A DNA stretch of 51,479 bases from Macrostomum lignano (GCA_002269645.1 NIVC01004293.1:1-51479), one strand, 5' to 3'. Shown: positions 11,150-22,547, numbered from the stretch's first letter. Made by a program: numbers and translations. Notes: generated by a model not told the origin, from the sequence alone.

Positions 11150-11591
11150 CAAAGCCCAGGAATTTGAGACACGGCTACGCAGTAAAGACGACAGCGCAGT
11201 TCGCATTGCTAACGCCGGCTTAAAGGGCAAAGGCGCCCTTGCGGCATGCCCATTGGCAAAAGGCAAAAAGAGCTTTTGTGGCACAATATCCTGGCGAAAT
11301 CCTTAGTGCAAAAGAAGCAACCGACAAGGAGGAGCAGATGACAGCTGCAGCAGGCGAAGATACGTGGCTGCTTTTTAGTTTTGAGTGATCAAACAGACAG
11401 CCAGTAAAAGCGAACGTGCAGGTCACAACCGTGCAGGGCGCGTTAACCACTCTATGAAGAAAGCTACCTGTCAGGCCATGTCTGGCGTTTATCAAGATGT
11501 CCAACGTGGATCAATACCAGCTGTCTATTTTTGTATTTATCCAAGATTTGATGAAGGGGAGGAGTTGCTGTTCAACCACCTCCGAAATTGA
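11150..11591 (+). pseudogene. Decayed SET-domain lysine methyltransferase (SETD8/PR-Set7-like)
   Basis: Joined frames read VRIANAGLKGKGALAACPLAKG-FVAQYPGEIL...GHNRAGRVNHS...GEELLFNH, versus SETD8 GKGRGVIATKQFSRGDFVVEYHGDL...TNRLGRLINHS...GEELLYDY. Two frameshifts and one TGA. Confidence 0.75.
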
Positions 11592-12653
11592 ACGGAGATC
11601 ACCTTGGATGACTATACCAAGTACACCCCTGGCTAAAAGGCTTAAATTCTTGCATGGTTTCTGCTAAAAGTCTTGGTGGAGCCCTCGCCCAACCGGGGTG
11701 TTAAGCAGATTACATTTTTGACGTCACCTTGTGTTGGTATAGTGAAATTTTCTCTAATAAATTGCATTACACCGTGCGCTGTAACTCATGATTTGTGTTT
11801 CATAGCCATGGACCAAATGGATGCTGCTGTGCCCAGCCTTTGCTGCCATAAACAAAAGCTCCATTACTTTGGATAACATATCTGGGATTAAATTCAATGC
11901 GTGTAAAAGACACGTCCCGACTGTTAAAGATTCATCCCGACAGTTAAAGAGTCAATCCATACTGTTAGATTGAGACACCTTCTGAGACACTTTAGTACGA
12001 GTATTCATCTGACAGATACCTATGGTATATGCGCATTTGTAACATGGAAAACCTGCTGATTTAATCTTTGCATTTTTGCGATGTGGCGGCTAATCTTTGA
12101 GTTACAACTTTTAAGGGTAAAAAATTCTTTCCCGTATCGTGCATGTAAATTGTGTGGCGCCATGTACTCGCACATGTATACGACACAATATATTGTGTAT
12201 TGTGTGATCAATGCAAATCTGGCCATAAGCGTACATCGCGAAATGAAGGAATTTAATAATTTAATATTGTAGTAACACTTTCCCAACACGTGCAAATGCC
12301 GGCTCGTATCTTTGGAATGAATGACAGTATTGAATTATTTTAACCCACCGTGTATTGAATATAACTTGGGACGTTAATTCTTTAATTATTTATTAATCGC
12401 TTAGCGATAAGAAATACACAAATGAGTAAACCGGGCTGCATGTTCACTATGACATGCAGTAAGAATCACTTTGATAATGCATGCACATGCAAAAACTTCC
12501 ACCACCTGACGCTGTTCCCATGTCAACTGAGCGAGTTCTTGCGCGACAATTCATATTAAGACTATACTGCAGAGCTACTCTACAGAAAATCTCGAAACGA
12601 TTATGTTCGAAAGACTACAGTAAAAACATAGCTCGTAATAGTTTCGAATTAGA

Positions 12654-15536
12654 ATGTTTGCGAATCTTTTGCAACTCAATCTTCTAATCCTGCTGGCACT
12701 TCAGTTGATGGTGCACGCCTCAAGCGCAGTGGCCGAGCTGCAATGCCGCTCAGAATTTGAGGCTATCGCAGCCAAGGCGATCGTTATCAGCCGCCCAGGT
12801 GCAGATCTCCGTGAAGGATCCAATAAAGAATTCTCGTTGATGCATCACCTGACTGAGCTGGCTCACGTAAGGAAAGTCGGAGTACACTCTCTGGTAGACC
12901 GAGCCTCTGTAGCGGTGGTCCTCTCCGATCAGCTCGCTGCCGACATTAAAGCTTCCTGGAATACAAGTCTTGAAGTTCTCACCGCCAAGAATTTGGCATT
13001 CGTGGCCAAGCTTGACTGCTCCAAGGGTGCCGCGGACATCTGCAACAGGATTCGAGGAAGTTGCGCTAGCCCGCGTGACCATCGCATATTTTTGCTCAGC
13101 GCTTACTGTTCAGAGAGCGTCACTTGCTCTCCTATTGGATCCCAAATTGGTTTGGATGGAAAGCAATCAGTTCCGCCGGGAACACTCGGCTACATTGCAT
13201 TCCGCCTCCTTGAGCGCCAACTGTTTATCGCTAGGGAACTTGGCGAGTTGTGGTTCGAGATCTCTTTCACAAGTGAATATCTAATACAGCAGGAAATCCA
13301 GGATGCTCATGGCAGTCGACTAAGTAATGACGGGACACCGGTGGCCATGTTTGTCACCTGGCCTACAAAATCTCCCGCATATTATCACATTTTAAATTTA
13401 TTTCTCGACGCAGCGTTAAGTCTGAAGAAGCTCTTTTCATTTCACATTGCCGATGCTCAATTGAGCCAAATTCGTGAGCAGTCTCAGCGACCAACCTACC
13501 GCTACGAATTCGAGAGTCACCAGGCTCACCTGGCTTTGTTTACGAAGGATCACTGCCAGTCCGCGCCGGATTGGGCGTTCAATTGCAAGCCGATAGTGGC
13601 GACCGCTGATTCTCTCCTAACATCGGAGCAGTTTTCTGGCTTCCTGGTCCATCAAATTTTGAAAGAACAGAGCGCAAGATCTGATGTATCTGGCATTCTC
13701 CCTTATCCAGCATTTTTTCAGAAAACCTTTTTCATGGAAGCATTTGCTGCTCTATCAGACACCTATGTCTTGGGAGTGGCAGCGGATGAGACCGCAATGA
13801 AAAACACTTTACTAGATTGGGAGAGAATGAGAGACATTTTAGTTGTTCTAGAAGGAAATTTTGGCCTAACATTCTACCCGCTTGTACTCACTAAGCCGCT
13901 TGCAATGGATTTGACTACAGGATTAGACAGCGGTGTAGAGATCAGCGGTGCATGTGAGAAACTTTGCTTCATCATTCGCATGCCCGGCACAGATTTTGGA
14001 CTCTTTGGCCCACACGATCCGATGATGAAGCTGGATTCTGCAGTTCGAGATGCCATCGATCGGAGCCAATCGTACCGAGAAAGCATCCAACTTTCCCTGC
14101 ATAACATTGAATTTTTCAACCGAGGGCAACTACCCAGTGCGCTGACGACCTGCGGTCACTTATTCGGTGGCGACTGCACAGATGAGACAGCCTCGTTCAC
14201 TGAGCAATCTGACGACGATCCTTCGCCCCATGACATCGATGGAGTTGATGCGTTCGTTGAGCAATCGAAATTCAACGAAATCTACAACACAACTGGCATC
14301 TTAGTGGTTGACAAAAGCCAAGAGCTGTTCGACAGTTTTCTACTGCTATTGGATGCGGACAGGCCCTGGCTAGTGCTGTTCACGGTGCCCTGGAGCCCCG
14401 TGTGCAAAGCTGCAAGAGCGATCTGGTCGGCCGTGAACCAGTGCGTCAAGAGAGCCGGCATGCAAGACGTTCAGCTAGTCAAACTCGATTGCTTCGAGGC
14501 CAACCAGCTGTGCAGCTACCTGAAAGTCAATACTTACCCAACTGTAGCAATGTACAAACGCGGCACTAAGCTGAGCGAATACGCTGGGCCAATTAGTGTC
14601 GGGCGCTTGTGCGCTTTCGCGCATTTGGCTTTGTCACCGCCGGTTCTTCATAGCCAGTCATCTGAAAAGACCCGCGATCTGCTGGAGACATTTTTGCCCC
14701 TGATGTCGCGCGCGTTTGTCATTAGCGGTCCTGAAATATCCAGCTCGGTGATAACGCTTGCCTTGGAGATGCAGTTTAAGGATGTCTTCATTTTCGAGGA
14801 GCTGACTGACAGGAATCGAAGTTCGACTTTTGCGGCCTTTTACCACGAATCTTTTCCGGCGAGTCGGCAGTTTACTGGCGACATCAACGACTCTATCAAG
14901 CTGATGAGTTTCATTACCAGGGGTCACCTTTACGTGATCTTTCCCTGCAGCTGGGCCTACTTGGCAGAAGCTGTCAACAGTGCGCGACCTCTGATCGTGC
15001 TGTTTCATACGACCAGCGTGACAGATTATCTGGACATTTTGAAAAACCTCGGGAACCAGTTTATTGAGAAAGGTGCAAGTGTTTGTCATCTGAAGCTGCA
15101 TCGCCACCACGAGCTGGATGATCTGGTACAAAAAATTGCAGGTCACAGCCTACCGGCACTGGTTTTGCTCACTGGTGACAGGTCTGCTCTCCACCGATTG
15201 CCCCTGGGCCCCATACCCGCGGGCGCTTTGATTGCTGAGGCGTCTGAATGGGCAAGAAAAGGCCTGGGTGGTGAATTGACGGGCGAGCAGTCCATTGAGA
15301 CGAATCCAGAACCCTGGAAGCCAGCACACCCTGTCTACAATTTTGTTGAACAGGTTTACAGAGGTAAAGTTAACTCCAACAATAAATCGTCTGGCAACAG
15401 GTTCGGAAGAGTCTTGAGCAACAGGCCTTTTGCTTCAAACAGTGAAAGGAAAGAAGACACTATTAACGTAGTTAAGTCACCCATTGTTTCTGCCCAAGAC
15501 AAAGTGCCAAATGGTGTCATTCACGAAGAGCTTTAA
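12654..15536 (+). CDS. TXNDC16: Intronless 960-aa ER thioredoxin-domain protein, TXNDC16/ERp90-like (PDI family)
   Basis: N-terminal signal peptide; Trx-fold segment LVLFTVPWSPVCK...VKLDCFEANQLC...TYPTVAMYKRG...YAG resembles TXNDC16; C-terminal HEEL ER-retrieval signal; single long ORF. Confidence 0.7.
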   Translation: MFANLLQLNLLILLALQLMVHASSAVAELQCRSEFEAIAAKAIVISRPGADLREGSNKEFSLMHHLTELAHVRKVGVHSLVDRASVAVVLSDQLAADIKASWNTSLEVLTAKNLAFVAKLDCSKGAADICNRIRGSCASPRDHRIFLLSAYCSESVTCSPIGSQIGLDGKQSVPPGTLGYIAFRLLERQLFIARELGELWFEISFTSEYLIQQEIQDAHGSRLSNDGTPVAMFVTWPTKSPAYYHILNLFLDAALSLKKLFSFHIADAQLSQIREQSQRPTYRYEFESHQAHLALFTKDHCQSAPDWAFNCKPIVATADSLLTSEQFSGFLVHQILKEQSARSDVSGILPYPAFFQKTFFMEAFAALSDTYVLGVAADETAMKNTLLDWERMRDILVVLEGNFGLTFYPLVLTKPLAMDLTTGLDSGVEISGACEKLCFIIRMPGTDFGLFGPHDPMMKLDSAVRDAIDRSQSYRESIQLSLHNIEFFNRGQLPSALTTCGHLFGGDCTDETASFTEQSDDDPSPHDIDGVDAFVEQSKFNEIYNTTGILVVDKSQELFDSFLLLLDADRPWLVLFTVPWSPVCKAARAIWSAVNQCVKRAGMQDVQLVKLDCFEANQLCSYLKVNTYPTVAMYKRGTKLSEYAGPISVGRLCAFAHLALSPPVLHSQSSEKTRDLLETFLPLMSRAFVISGPEISSSVITLALEMQFKDVFIFEELTDRNRSSTFAAFYHESFPASRQFTGDINDSIKLMSFITRGHLYVIFPCSWAYLAEAVNSARPLIVLFHTTSVTDYLDILKNLGNQFIEKGASVCHLKLHRHHELDDLVQKIAGHSLPALVLLTGDRSALHRLPLGPIPAGALIAEASEWARKGLGGELTGEQSIETNPEPWKPAHPVYNFVEQVYRGKVNSNNKSSGNRFGRVLSNRPFASNSERKEDTINVVKSPIVSAQDKVPNGVIHEEL

Positions 15537-15793
15537 CTGTTGGTTCTGTATCTTCAGTACAATGCTTCGGTGTGACTATTGAGTAAAATGACTGTATCTT
15601 ACGAGCTCGTAAATTTTCAAATGCATAAAATAAACATTGTCAGATAGGTATCGACATAATTCCACATAATCGTCAATATCGATTTTTTCTGTTCCTTTTC
15701 TTTAATAACGAATATTCTAATGGGAAGGGAGGCGATGATGCAGCAGGTTAAACAGTGAACCGTGATATAATCATAGGTAGCAACATGTTATAT

Positions 15794-16189
15794 CTAGTTG
15801 CTAGCCGCCGCAGCCGTTGCTAGGCCGGACCGATAGTTGGCAACGCAATCCGCCTTGCTGAGAAAGTCGCGCACGTCGCCTGTCCACTCGGCCAGCCGCT
15901 CCAGCACGGTGAGCAGCCGGTTTAACGGTAGCTCGGCTGAGGCGGACAGCGTTGACTCAGCATTGGACTGGCCGAATTGCCACTCGTTTGAGCCAGTGGA
16001 GAAGGTCGGCACTTGCAGCAAATTGGCGGAGTCTGAGCAGCCTAGCGGCCAATCGTCAATGAGAACTGTCCGAGCCGGGTCGCGCCCGATGGCGTCAATG
16101 TCTTTGAATAGCAGCGGCTGGGCGGAGGGGCCGGTCCAGGTGCAGGCCTTACGGGCGAGCACGCTGGCGATGATGCCGTCTCGGTCGAC
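15794..16189 (-). CDS. FCP1/SCP (NIF) HAD phosphatase-like gene, exon 3
   Basis: ttaattag|GTC; VDRDGIIASVLAR...KDIDAIGRDPARTVLIDD matches the CTDSP/TIM50 motif KDLSRLGRDL. Confidence 0.85.
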   Translation of the reverse strand, partial: VDRDGIIASVLARKACTWTGPSAQPLLFKDIDAIGRDPARTVLIDDWPLGCSDSANLLQVPTFSTGSNEWQFGQSNAESTLSASAELPLNRLLTVLERLAEWTGDVRDFLSKADCVANYRSGLATAAAASN

Positions 16190-16354
16190 CTAATTAACAT
16201 AATTAGTTGCCGATCATTTTTCGACGCAAACAAATGGCTTTGTTTCACTTGAAGCAGTGAGGTTGAGGTTGAGGTGATTTTGAATGAAGAGCAACATCCT
16301 TTTTGGAGGAAACCTAGCTTTTTAGGTCTAGGTATAGCTGCGATACCTTAGGTA

Positions 16355-17015
16355 CTGAAGTAACCGGTACCCGAATCCCAGTAACCGGTACCCGATTCTC
16401 AGTAACCGGTACCCGATTCCCAGTAACCGGTACCCGATTCCCAGTAACCGGTACCCGAATCCCAGTAACCGGTACCCGATTCCCAGTAACCAATACCCGA
16501 TTCCCAGTAACCGGCTGAGCCGCCCGAATCCCAGTAACCGGTACCCGATTCCTAGTAACCGGTACCCGAATCCCAGTAACCGGTACCCGATTCCCAGTAA
16601 CCAATACCCGAATCCCAGTAACCGGTACCCGATTCCCAGTAACCGGTACCCGAATCCCAGTAACCGGTACCCGATTCCCAGTAACCAATACCCGATTCCC
16701 AGTAACCGGTACCCGAATCCCAGTAACCAATACCCGATTCCCAGTAACCGGTACCCGAATCCCAGTAACCGGTACCCGATTCCCAGTAACCGGTACCCGA
16801 TTCCCAGTAACCGGTAGCCGATTCCCAGTAACCGGTAGCCGATTCCCAGTAATCGGTACCCGAATCTCAGTAATCGATACCCGATTCCCAGTAACCGGTA
16901 CCCGATTCCTAGTAACCGGTACCCGAATCCCAGTAACCGGTACCCGAATCCCAGTAACCGGTACCCGAATCCCAGTAACCGGTACCCGAATCCCAGTAAC
17001 CGGTACCGGATTCCC
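16355..17015. repeat. Intronic minisatellite, 21-nt unit, about 31 copies
   Basis: cccagtaaccggtacccga(a/t)t fills most of intron 16190-17028. Confidence 0.97.
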
Positions 17016-17028
17016 GGTAGCTACACAC

Positions 17029-17212
17029 CTGGGACACTAGACACGAGGCCAGCTGCAGTGTGGCCGAGCTGTAGGCCACGCATTCGAATCCCAGCCGGTC
17101 CAGCTCAAGCAAAAAGCGGTCCAGGCCGGGCCGTTTATAAACGACATATTTGTGCCGCTTGAAGCTGACCGGCGTCTCCGGCAGCAGCAGGATCAGGTCG
17201 GCGCCGTGGTGC
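17029..17212 (-). CDS. FCP1/SCP-like phosphatase, exon 2
   Basis: ttcgcag|G...CAG|gtgtgt; HGADLILLLPETP...YVVYKRPGLDRFL resembles CTDSP ADFIIPVEI...VYVLKRPHVDEFL. Phases 2 and 0 fit the neighbouring exons. Confidence 0.8.
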
Positions 17213-17456
17213 CTGCGAACGGTACGGAGGAGCTGATGGTGAGACATGGTGAGTTTCAGGCGATTAAAAATCAACGGTAGATCTGCTGACACTCGAATGG
17301 GACCCGTGCGTAGAACAAAAACCATAATTTGAAGTCGCTAAGGGAGGCAATTTAGATGCAAAACGCCAAGTATTCATAGTATCTTGTATCTTTCCTTCTA
17401 TTCTATCCATTGATCCCCAGCAAGCAGGGGGCATAGCCACGATTTTTTATTGGAGA

Positions 17457-18520
17457 GCCAGCACCAAGAGGCGCCAGCACCAAGAGGCGCCAGCACCAAG
17501 AGGCGCCAGCACCAAGAGGCGCCAGCACCAAGAGGCGCCAGCACCAAGAGGCGCCAGCACCAAGAGGCGCCAGCACCAAGAGGCGCCAGCACCAAGAGGC
17601 GCCAGCACCAAGAGGCGCCAGCACCAAGAGGCGCCAGCACCAAGAGGCGCCAGCACCAAGAGGCGCCAGCACCAAGAGGCGCCAGCACCAAGAGGCGCCA
17701 GCACCAAGAGGCGCCAGCACCAAGAGGCGCCAGCACCAAGAGGCGCCAGCACCAAGAGGCGCCAGCACCAAGAGGCGCCAGCACCAAGGGCCGCCAGCAC
17801 CAAGAGGCGCCAGCACCAAGAGGCGCCAGCACCAAGAGGCGCCAGCACCAAGAGGCGCCAGCACCAAGAGGCGCCAGCACCAAGAGGCGCCAGCACCAAG
17901 GGCCGCCAGCACCAAGAGGCGCCAGCACCAAGAGGCGCCAGCACCAAGAGGCGCCAGCACCAAGAGGCGCCAGCACCAAGAGGCGCCAGCACCAAGAGGC
18001 GCCAGCACCAAGGGCCGCCAGCACCAAGAGGCGCCAGCACCAAGAGGCGCCAGCACCAAGGGCCGCCAGCACCAAGAGGCGCCAGCACCAAGAGGCGCCA
18101 GCACCAAGAGGCGCCAGCACCAAGAGGCGCCAGCACCAAGAGGCGCCAGCACCAAGAGGCGCCAGCACCAAGAGGCGCCAGCACCAAGAGGCGCCAGCAC
18201 CAAGAGGCGCCAGCACCAAGAGGCGCCAGCACCAAGAGGCGCCAGCACCAAGAGGCGCCAGCACCAAGAGGCGCCAGCACCAAGAGGCGCCAGCACCAAG
18301 AGGCGCCAGCACCAAGAGGCGCCAGCACCAAGAGGCGCCAGCACCAAGAGGCGCCAGCACCAAGGGCCGCCAGCACCAAGAGGCGCCAGCACCAAGAGGC
18401 GCCAGCACCAAGAGGCGCCAGCACCAAGAGGCGCCAGCACCAAGAGGCGCCAGCACCAAGAGGCGCCAGCACCAAGAGGCGCCAGCACCAAGGGCCGCCA
18501 GCACCAAGGGCCGCCAGCAC
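17457..18520. repeat. Intronic minisatellite, 16-nt unit, about 66 copies
   Basis: gccagcaccaagaggc with occasional aagggcc variants. Confidence 0.98.
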
Positions 18521-18602
18521 CATTTTGCGAGCCTATTCGGAGGGCACGGCTCGTCCCTGCCTCCCTGGCTACGCCGATCCCAGCAAGACAAACAGAACGC
18601 AC

Positions 18603-18892
18603 TTTTGCATTGCCTCCCAGCCAGTCCAGTCGTCACCGCCAGACTCTGTCAGCCGTTTACTGGTCAGCAGAGTCCCCTCAAGATCCAGCAGCAGCGTCAC
18701 GCTGCCCAGCCGATCCGGTGGCTTGTGCTTCAACAGCGGCGCCAGCGGCGGCGTCACCGTCTCGCGATACTCTGCGCGCAGGCGCCGATAGTGGGGCCGG
18801 TGGCGCAGGAACTGTCGATACGGTTGACGGCTGACCTCTCGGCACCAGTGGTCAAAGTAGTTTGACTCGATGACGCGCTGCTGCTGTGACAT
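18603..18892 (-). CDS. FCP1/SCP-like phosphatase, exon 1
   Basis: ATG 18892; TLLLDLEGTLL is the HAD motif I position; donor CAAAA|gtgcgt at 18602; spliced CDS 870 nt (289 aa). Confidence 0.8.
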
Positions 18893-19268
18893 GTGTTGCT
18901 AAATTTGAAGCAGGAAGAAATCAAGCGCTGTTTTTAATTGCTATCTAATCTACTACTCATCTGTTTGAATCCGTATAAAATACTCGCATAGTCTGCAATA
19001 TATATATAGTTTGAGAACAAAAGCGGCATAAATATTGCAATTAATTTTGTATAGTAGAGACTTTAAATTTATGTCTGTGGCTCTTCATATCTAACTTAAA
19101 GTCACCAATGTCATTAATTTCATAATTTGATAGACTATGTCTGTCTCAATCCCAAAGAGCATTGATGCATTGTTGCGATTTCAGGACCGGTTTTTTACTG
19201 GCTCTGTAATCGGTTTTAGCTGACCGGGGCCTGTGCCTCTGCCGGCTGGGTGGGGGTAGGGTTGAGAT

Positions 19269-19489
19269 GGGGTGCTTTCACAAGGTCGAGATTTCACAAG
19301 ATCGAAATTTCACAACTTCGAAAACTTAATTTAACGAACTATGCAGTTTTTTACGTTGTGAAGTTTCGATCTTGTGAAGTTTCGATCTTGTGAAAGTGGC
19401 TGTTATTTGAGTTTTCTACGTTGTGAAATTTCGACCTTGTGAAAGAAGGTGCTTTCGACGTTGTCAAATTTCGAGTTTGTGAACCCCCC
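19269..19489. mobile_element. Foldback/MITE-like element with 17-nt subrepeats
   Basis: tttcacaaggtcgagatttcacaagatcgaaatttcacaac on the left is inverted to gttgtgaaatttcgaccttgtgaaag on the right; ends gggg...tcacaa and ttgtgaacccc. Confidence 0.7.
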
Positions 19490-20583
19490 TCGTTGAGATG
19501 TACGTTGTGTGTGGTGTGAGGTGGTTGGGTTGGGGTCGCGCTGGCCCTTTTATTCGCGTATTCTGCCCCTCAGCATTGGCTTGCATGGCTGAAATTTTTT
19601 TTCTTGTGTGCTCACCTTTACCCCTCTGCTTTTACCCTTTTGCTTTTGCACCCCTGCTTTTACCCCTTTGCTTGTATCCCTTCTATTTCGCATAAAATAC
19701 ACTCTCTCTCGCTGGGCTCGTTTCGGCCGCTTTTTCGCCACCACCCCTGCGTCCTCTCTTTGCTCCTTTTGGCCCGGTTGGCTAACAGTATATTGTACCA
19801 TGCTAAATAAAGTGCCAGTCATTCGCGGCTCTCGCTCCCTCCGGTGTTTTTTGTCTTTTGTCTGTGGCTAGAACGTTTAGATGCAAAGAGCACAAACTAA
19901 TGGTTAGAAACCATGGACATATTTGAAGCTACGAGTGTCGCTAAAATGGGGTGGTTACTAGTACATTTGATGAGGACGCACTTTTTCCCAAATCCTGCGC
20001 TAGCACATGGGCTCTAAACTTACTAGCCTACTGACAGCAGGCTAAGGGCATTTTTATTCTTTTTCTGCGAATAATTGTCAAAGAATCTATACTAGATATA
20101 ATGTCTGGTCATACTAGTAGTCATATTAACATAGGCGCAGCTTTTTGGGTCATAAATCATCGCTTTCGAAGCTGGTCTGACAGCCACCTGCGCCTCACTC
20201 AGTGTTGAGGCGGCCGCCAGATGGTCTGAGAGGATGCGGGCGGTAGCTTTTTTCTCATCATTTTGACAGGCCATCAAGATTTATGAGGTCAGAGCCTATT
20301 GTTCGTGTTCACTCAAGCGTGTGACAGCTTTGACAGCTATGCGTTTTACCCCTAAAAGTACCTTGGGATTAGCGATTAGTGATTTCTATTCATTATCTTC
20401 ACTTTCTATTTAATATGAGCTTTCTAATGTATGTTTTTTTCATTAATTTCTGTCAATCCTACGCGAAAAGTCATAAATCATTTTGTTGCGATTTTGATTG
20501 ATTTATGGCCGCACCTGTCATCTTTTTACGACCCTGTGGGAACTGATAGGATCTCCCGGTCACGTGATTCTGGGTAGCAACAA

Positions 20584-20691
20584 GCTCAGCCAATCAGAAA
20601 ATTCGGCGCTCATTTTAACAAAACGGCTCAGCCAATCAGAATCGACGTGTTCCGTTATAACAAACTGCGGTCCAGTTGGCGGCTATTTAAA
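20584..20691 (+). promoter_or_regulatory. Twin CCAAT boxes plus TATA-like element, probably within a retroelement terminal repeat
   Basis: gctcagccaatcaga at 20584 and 20626; tatttaaa at 20684; no host gene follows. Confidence 0.35.
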
Positions 20692-22377
20692 CCGGTGTTT
20701 TTGGCCCGCTCGGAACTCAACTGGCTCTTTCCTCGTTCCTGCTCCACCGGCCAGGAACTGACCGTCGTCTCTTGATCCCCATATTGCGACTTCTCCCCAT
20801 CATCATCAAGGACGAATTCCCCGGTCACCAGCAGCGAACATCAAGCGAAGAGCATCACCTGCTAGCTATCTGCGAAGACTGTGACAGCATCATCCCGAGT
20901 CTACAGCTGCGAAGCATCGAGCCGATTCGGTCACTGTGGATTACCTGGTCTCCGGCTGTTGAGTTTCTGATTGGTTGGGTGAGAGGCTGCCTAGACTTGC
21001 TTGATTGGGTGATCCCCTATCTGTCCCCCAATTCAGTAGCTGGATTAGGCGCACACTTTTGCTCTTTTTGTTCAGTAGTGCTGTTGCTGAGGCAGAAGAC
21101 ATTCAATAATACTGCTAGTAGTCTAAGACTCCAATTTAATCTGAAGTGTGAAGTGATCTAAGGAGAAGGTTAAATCTAACAGTTATTTTTATCAGTTTTA
21201 TTTCTTTGTTCGCCGATGGCTCAGATGAGTAGCTAAGCTAGTAGGTGCCGGTCACAGTGGACCAATGGCAAGGCAGTTCTCAGTCAATCAATCCATCAAA
21301 TCAGTGAGCAAAATTGCCAATAGTGCAGAATCGGCTCCAGAGATGTACTCTGTGCACTCTAGGTTCGCCAAGCGGCTCGGGTAAATGAATCACGCGGTCT
21401 CTGATGTTCGAGTTAGTCTATCATCAGCGCTATGAGAGGCTAGTTGGCGCGTCGAAGGCCAAAAGTACAATTCTTCGTATTTAGCAATGTAATAGTACAT
21501 GTAGCTACCCCATAGACTCGCCACTGCAAGAATCCCCTGCACAAGTCCCCTCTGTACCTGCATGGCCAATGCGATCTAGTCCCAGCAGTGCCCTTAACAT
21601 CAGCTATGACTTCGAGATTGACAGCAAAAAGACACTAGTTGGCAGGTAAGTCCAAAGCCCCTTCTAGTCGGAAGCCCGATTTCGAGAGTCCCGGTGTGGT
21701 GAGCCAGGGCGCACGGGCTGGTGGCAGCAAGTTAGTTGATCTGCGGATTAGCTAATTTCTACTTTCAAAATTCTCCCTGCTCGTCTCTCGCTGTTCCTCT
21801 CTTAGCTATAGGACCTAGACTGCTCGCCACACGATCAAGCTACCATGGGGCTGACCATCTGACAGGAGTGGGGGGCCAGGACTCTAATTGATTTATTTCT
21901 GAGACCTGAGGCCCGAAGGCTTCCCCACAAGGGGGCCGGAAGGTCGAAACCCATCACATTCACGGCGCCCTCTGATTTTCCCATTAACGCCCTTAAAGCA
22001 TGGGTATTACTATTATTGTGCCATAGACATTTGTGTCCTTGACAAAGTGGGACAAAATTAGCGGGCAATTAATGTCATTAACTGCCCGCTAATTTGCATT
22101 AAAGTAAGTTTGAAAAAGACAATCGGGCGTTAACTGTCATTGCTATGCACTTTTGGTGACAATAACACGCGCGTGGGATGCGTGGATGCTGTCTTTCTAC
22201 TCAGCTCTCTTAAACCTTCTGTCTCCCTCTTTATGGGATCAAAAAACTACAGTGCATATTAATGTCGATGTGGGCCATAGACTAAAATTTATTTAAATTT
22301 CATTGTAGAAAGTGGGGGCTTTGCCCCCACACCCCCATTCTCACTCTCCCCCCTCCTCGACTCCTTCCGGCGCCAAC

Positions 22378-22547
22378 TAATGCCATAGACGAAAGCGCAT
22401 AGCAATGTTTCTACTGCACTATTTTTGAGTGTTAATGTCATTACCACTCAAAAATAGTGCAGAAGAATATATCATTAACTGCCCGCTAATTTGCATTAAA
22501 GTAAGTTTGACTCCTGCAAGCGGGCTTAATTGTAGTCTATGGCATTA
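22378..22547. mobile_element. About 170-bp MITE with internal hairpin
   Basis: Termini taatgccatagac / gtctatggcatta (TA TSD plus 11-bp TIR reading); internal perfect 18-bp inverted repeat at 22414-22462. Confidence 0.7.

Noticed and set aside
17398-18865. Long repetitive ORFs of 358-471 aa (also 9822-10338, 16314-16730, 25587-26465, 28399-29649)
   Set aside because: Stop-free translations of minisatellites, open in several frames and mostly within introns defined by homology.
21895-22010. Hammerhead-ribozyme-like fold (ctga-gacct...aggtc-gaaacccat...atgggta)
   Set aside because: Stems II and III and a GUA site can be drawn, but the CUGANGA core lacks three bases and stem I does not pair.
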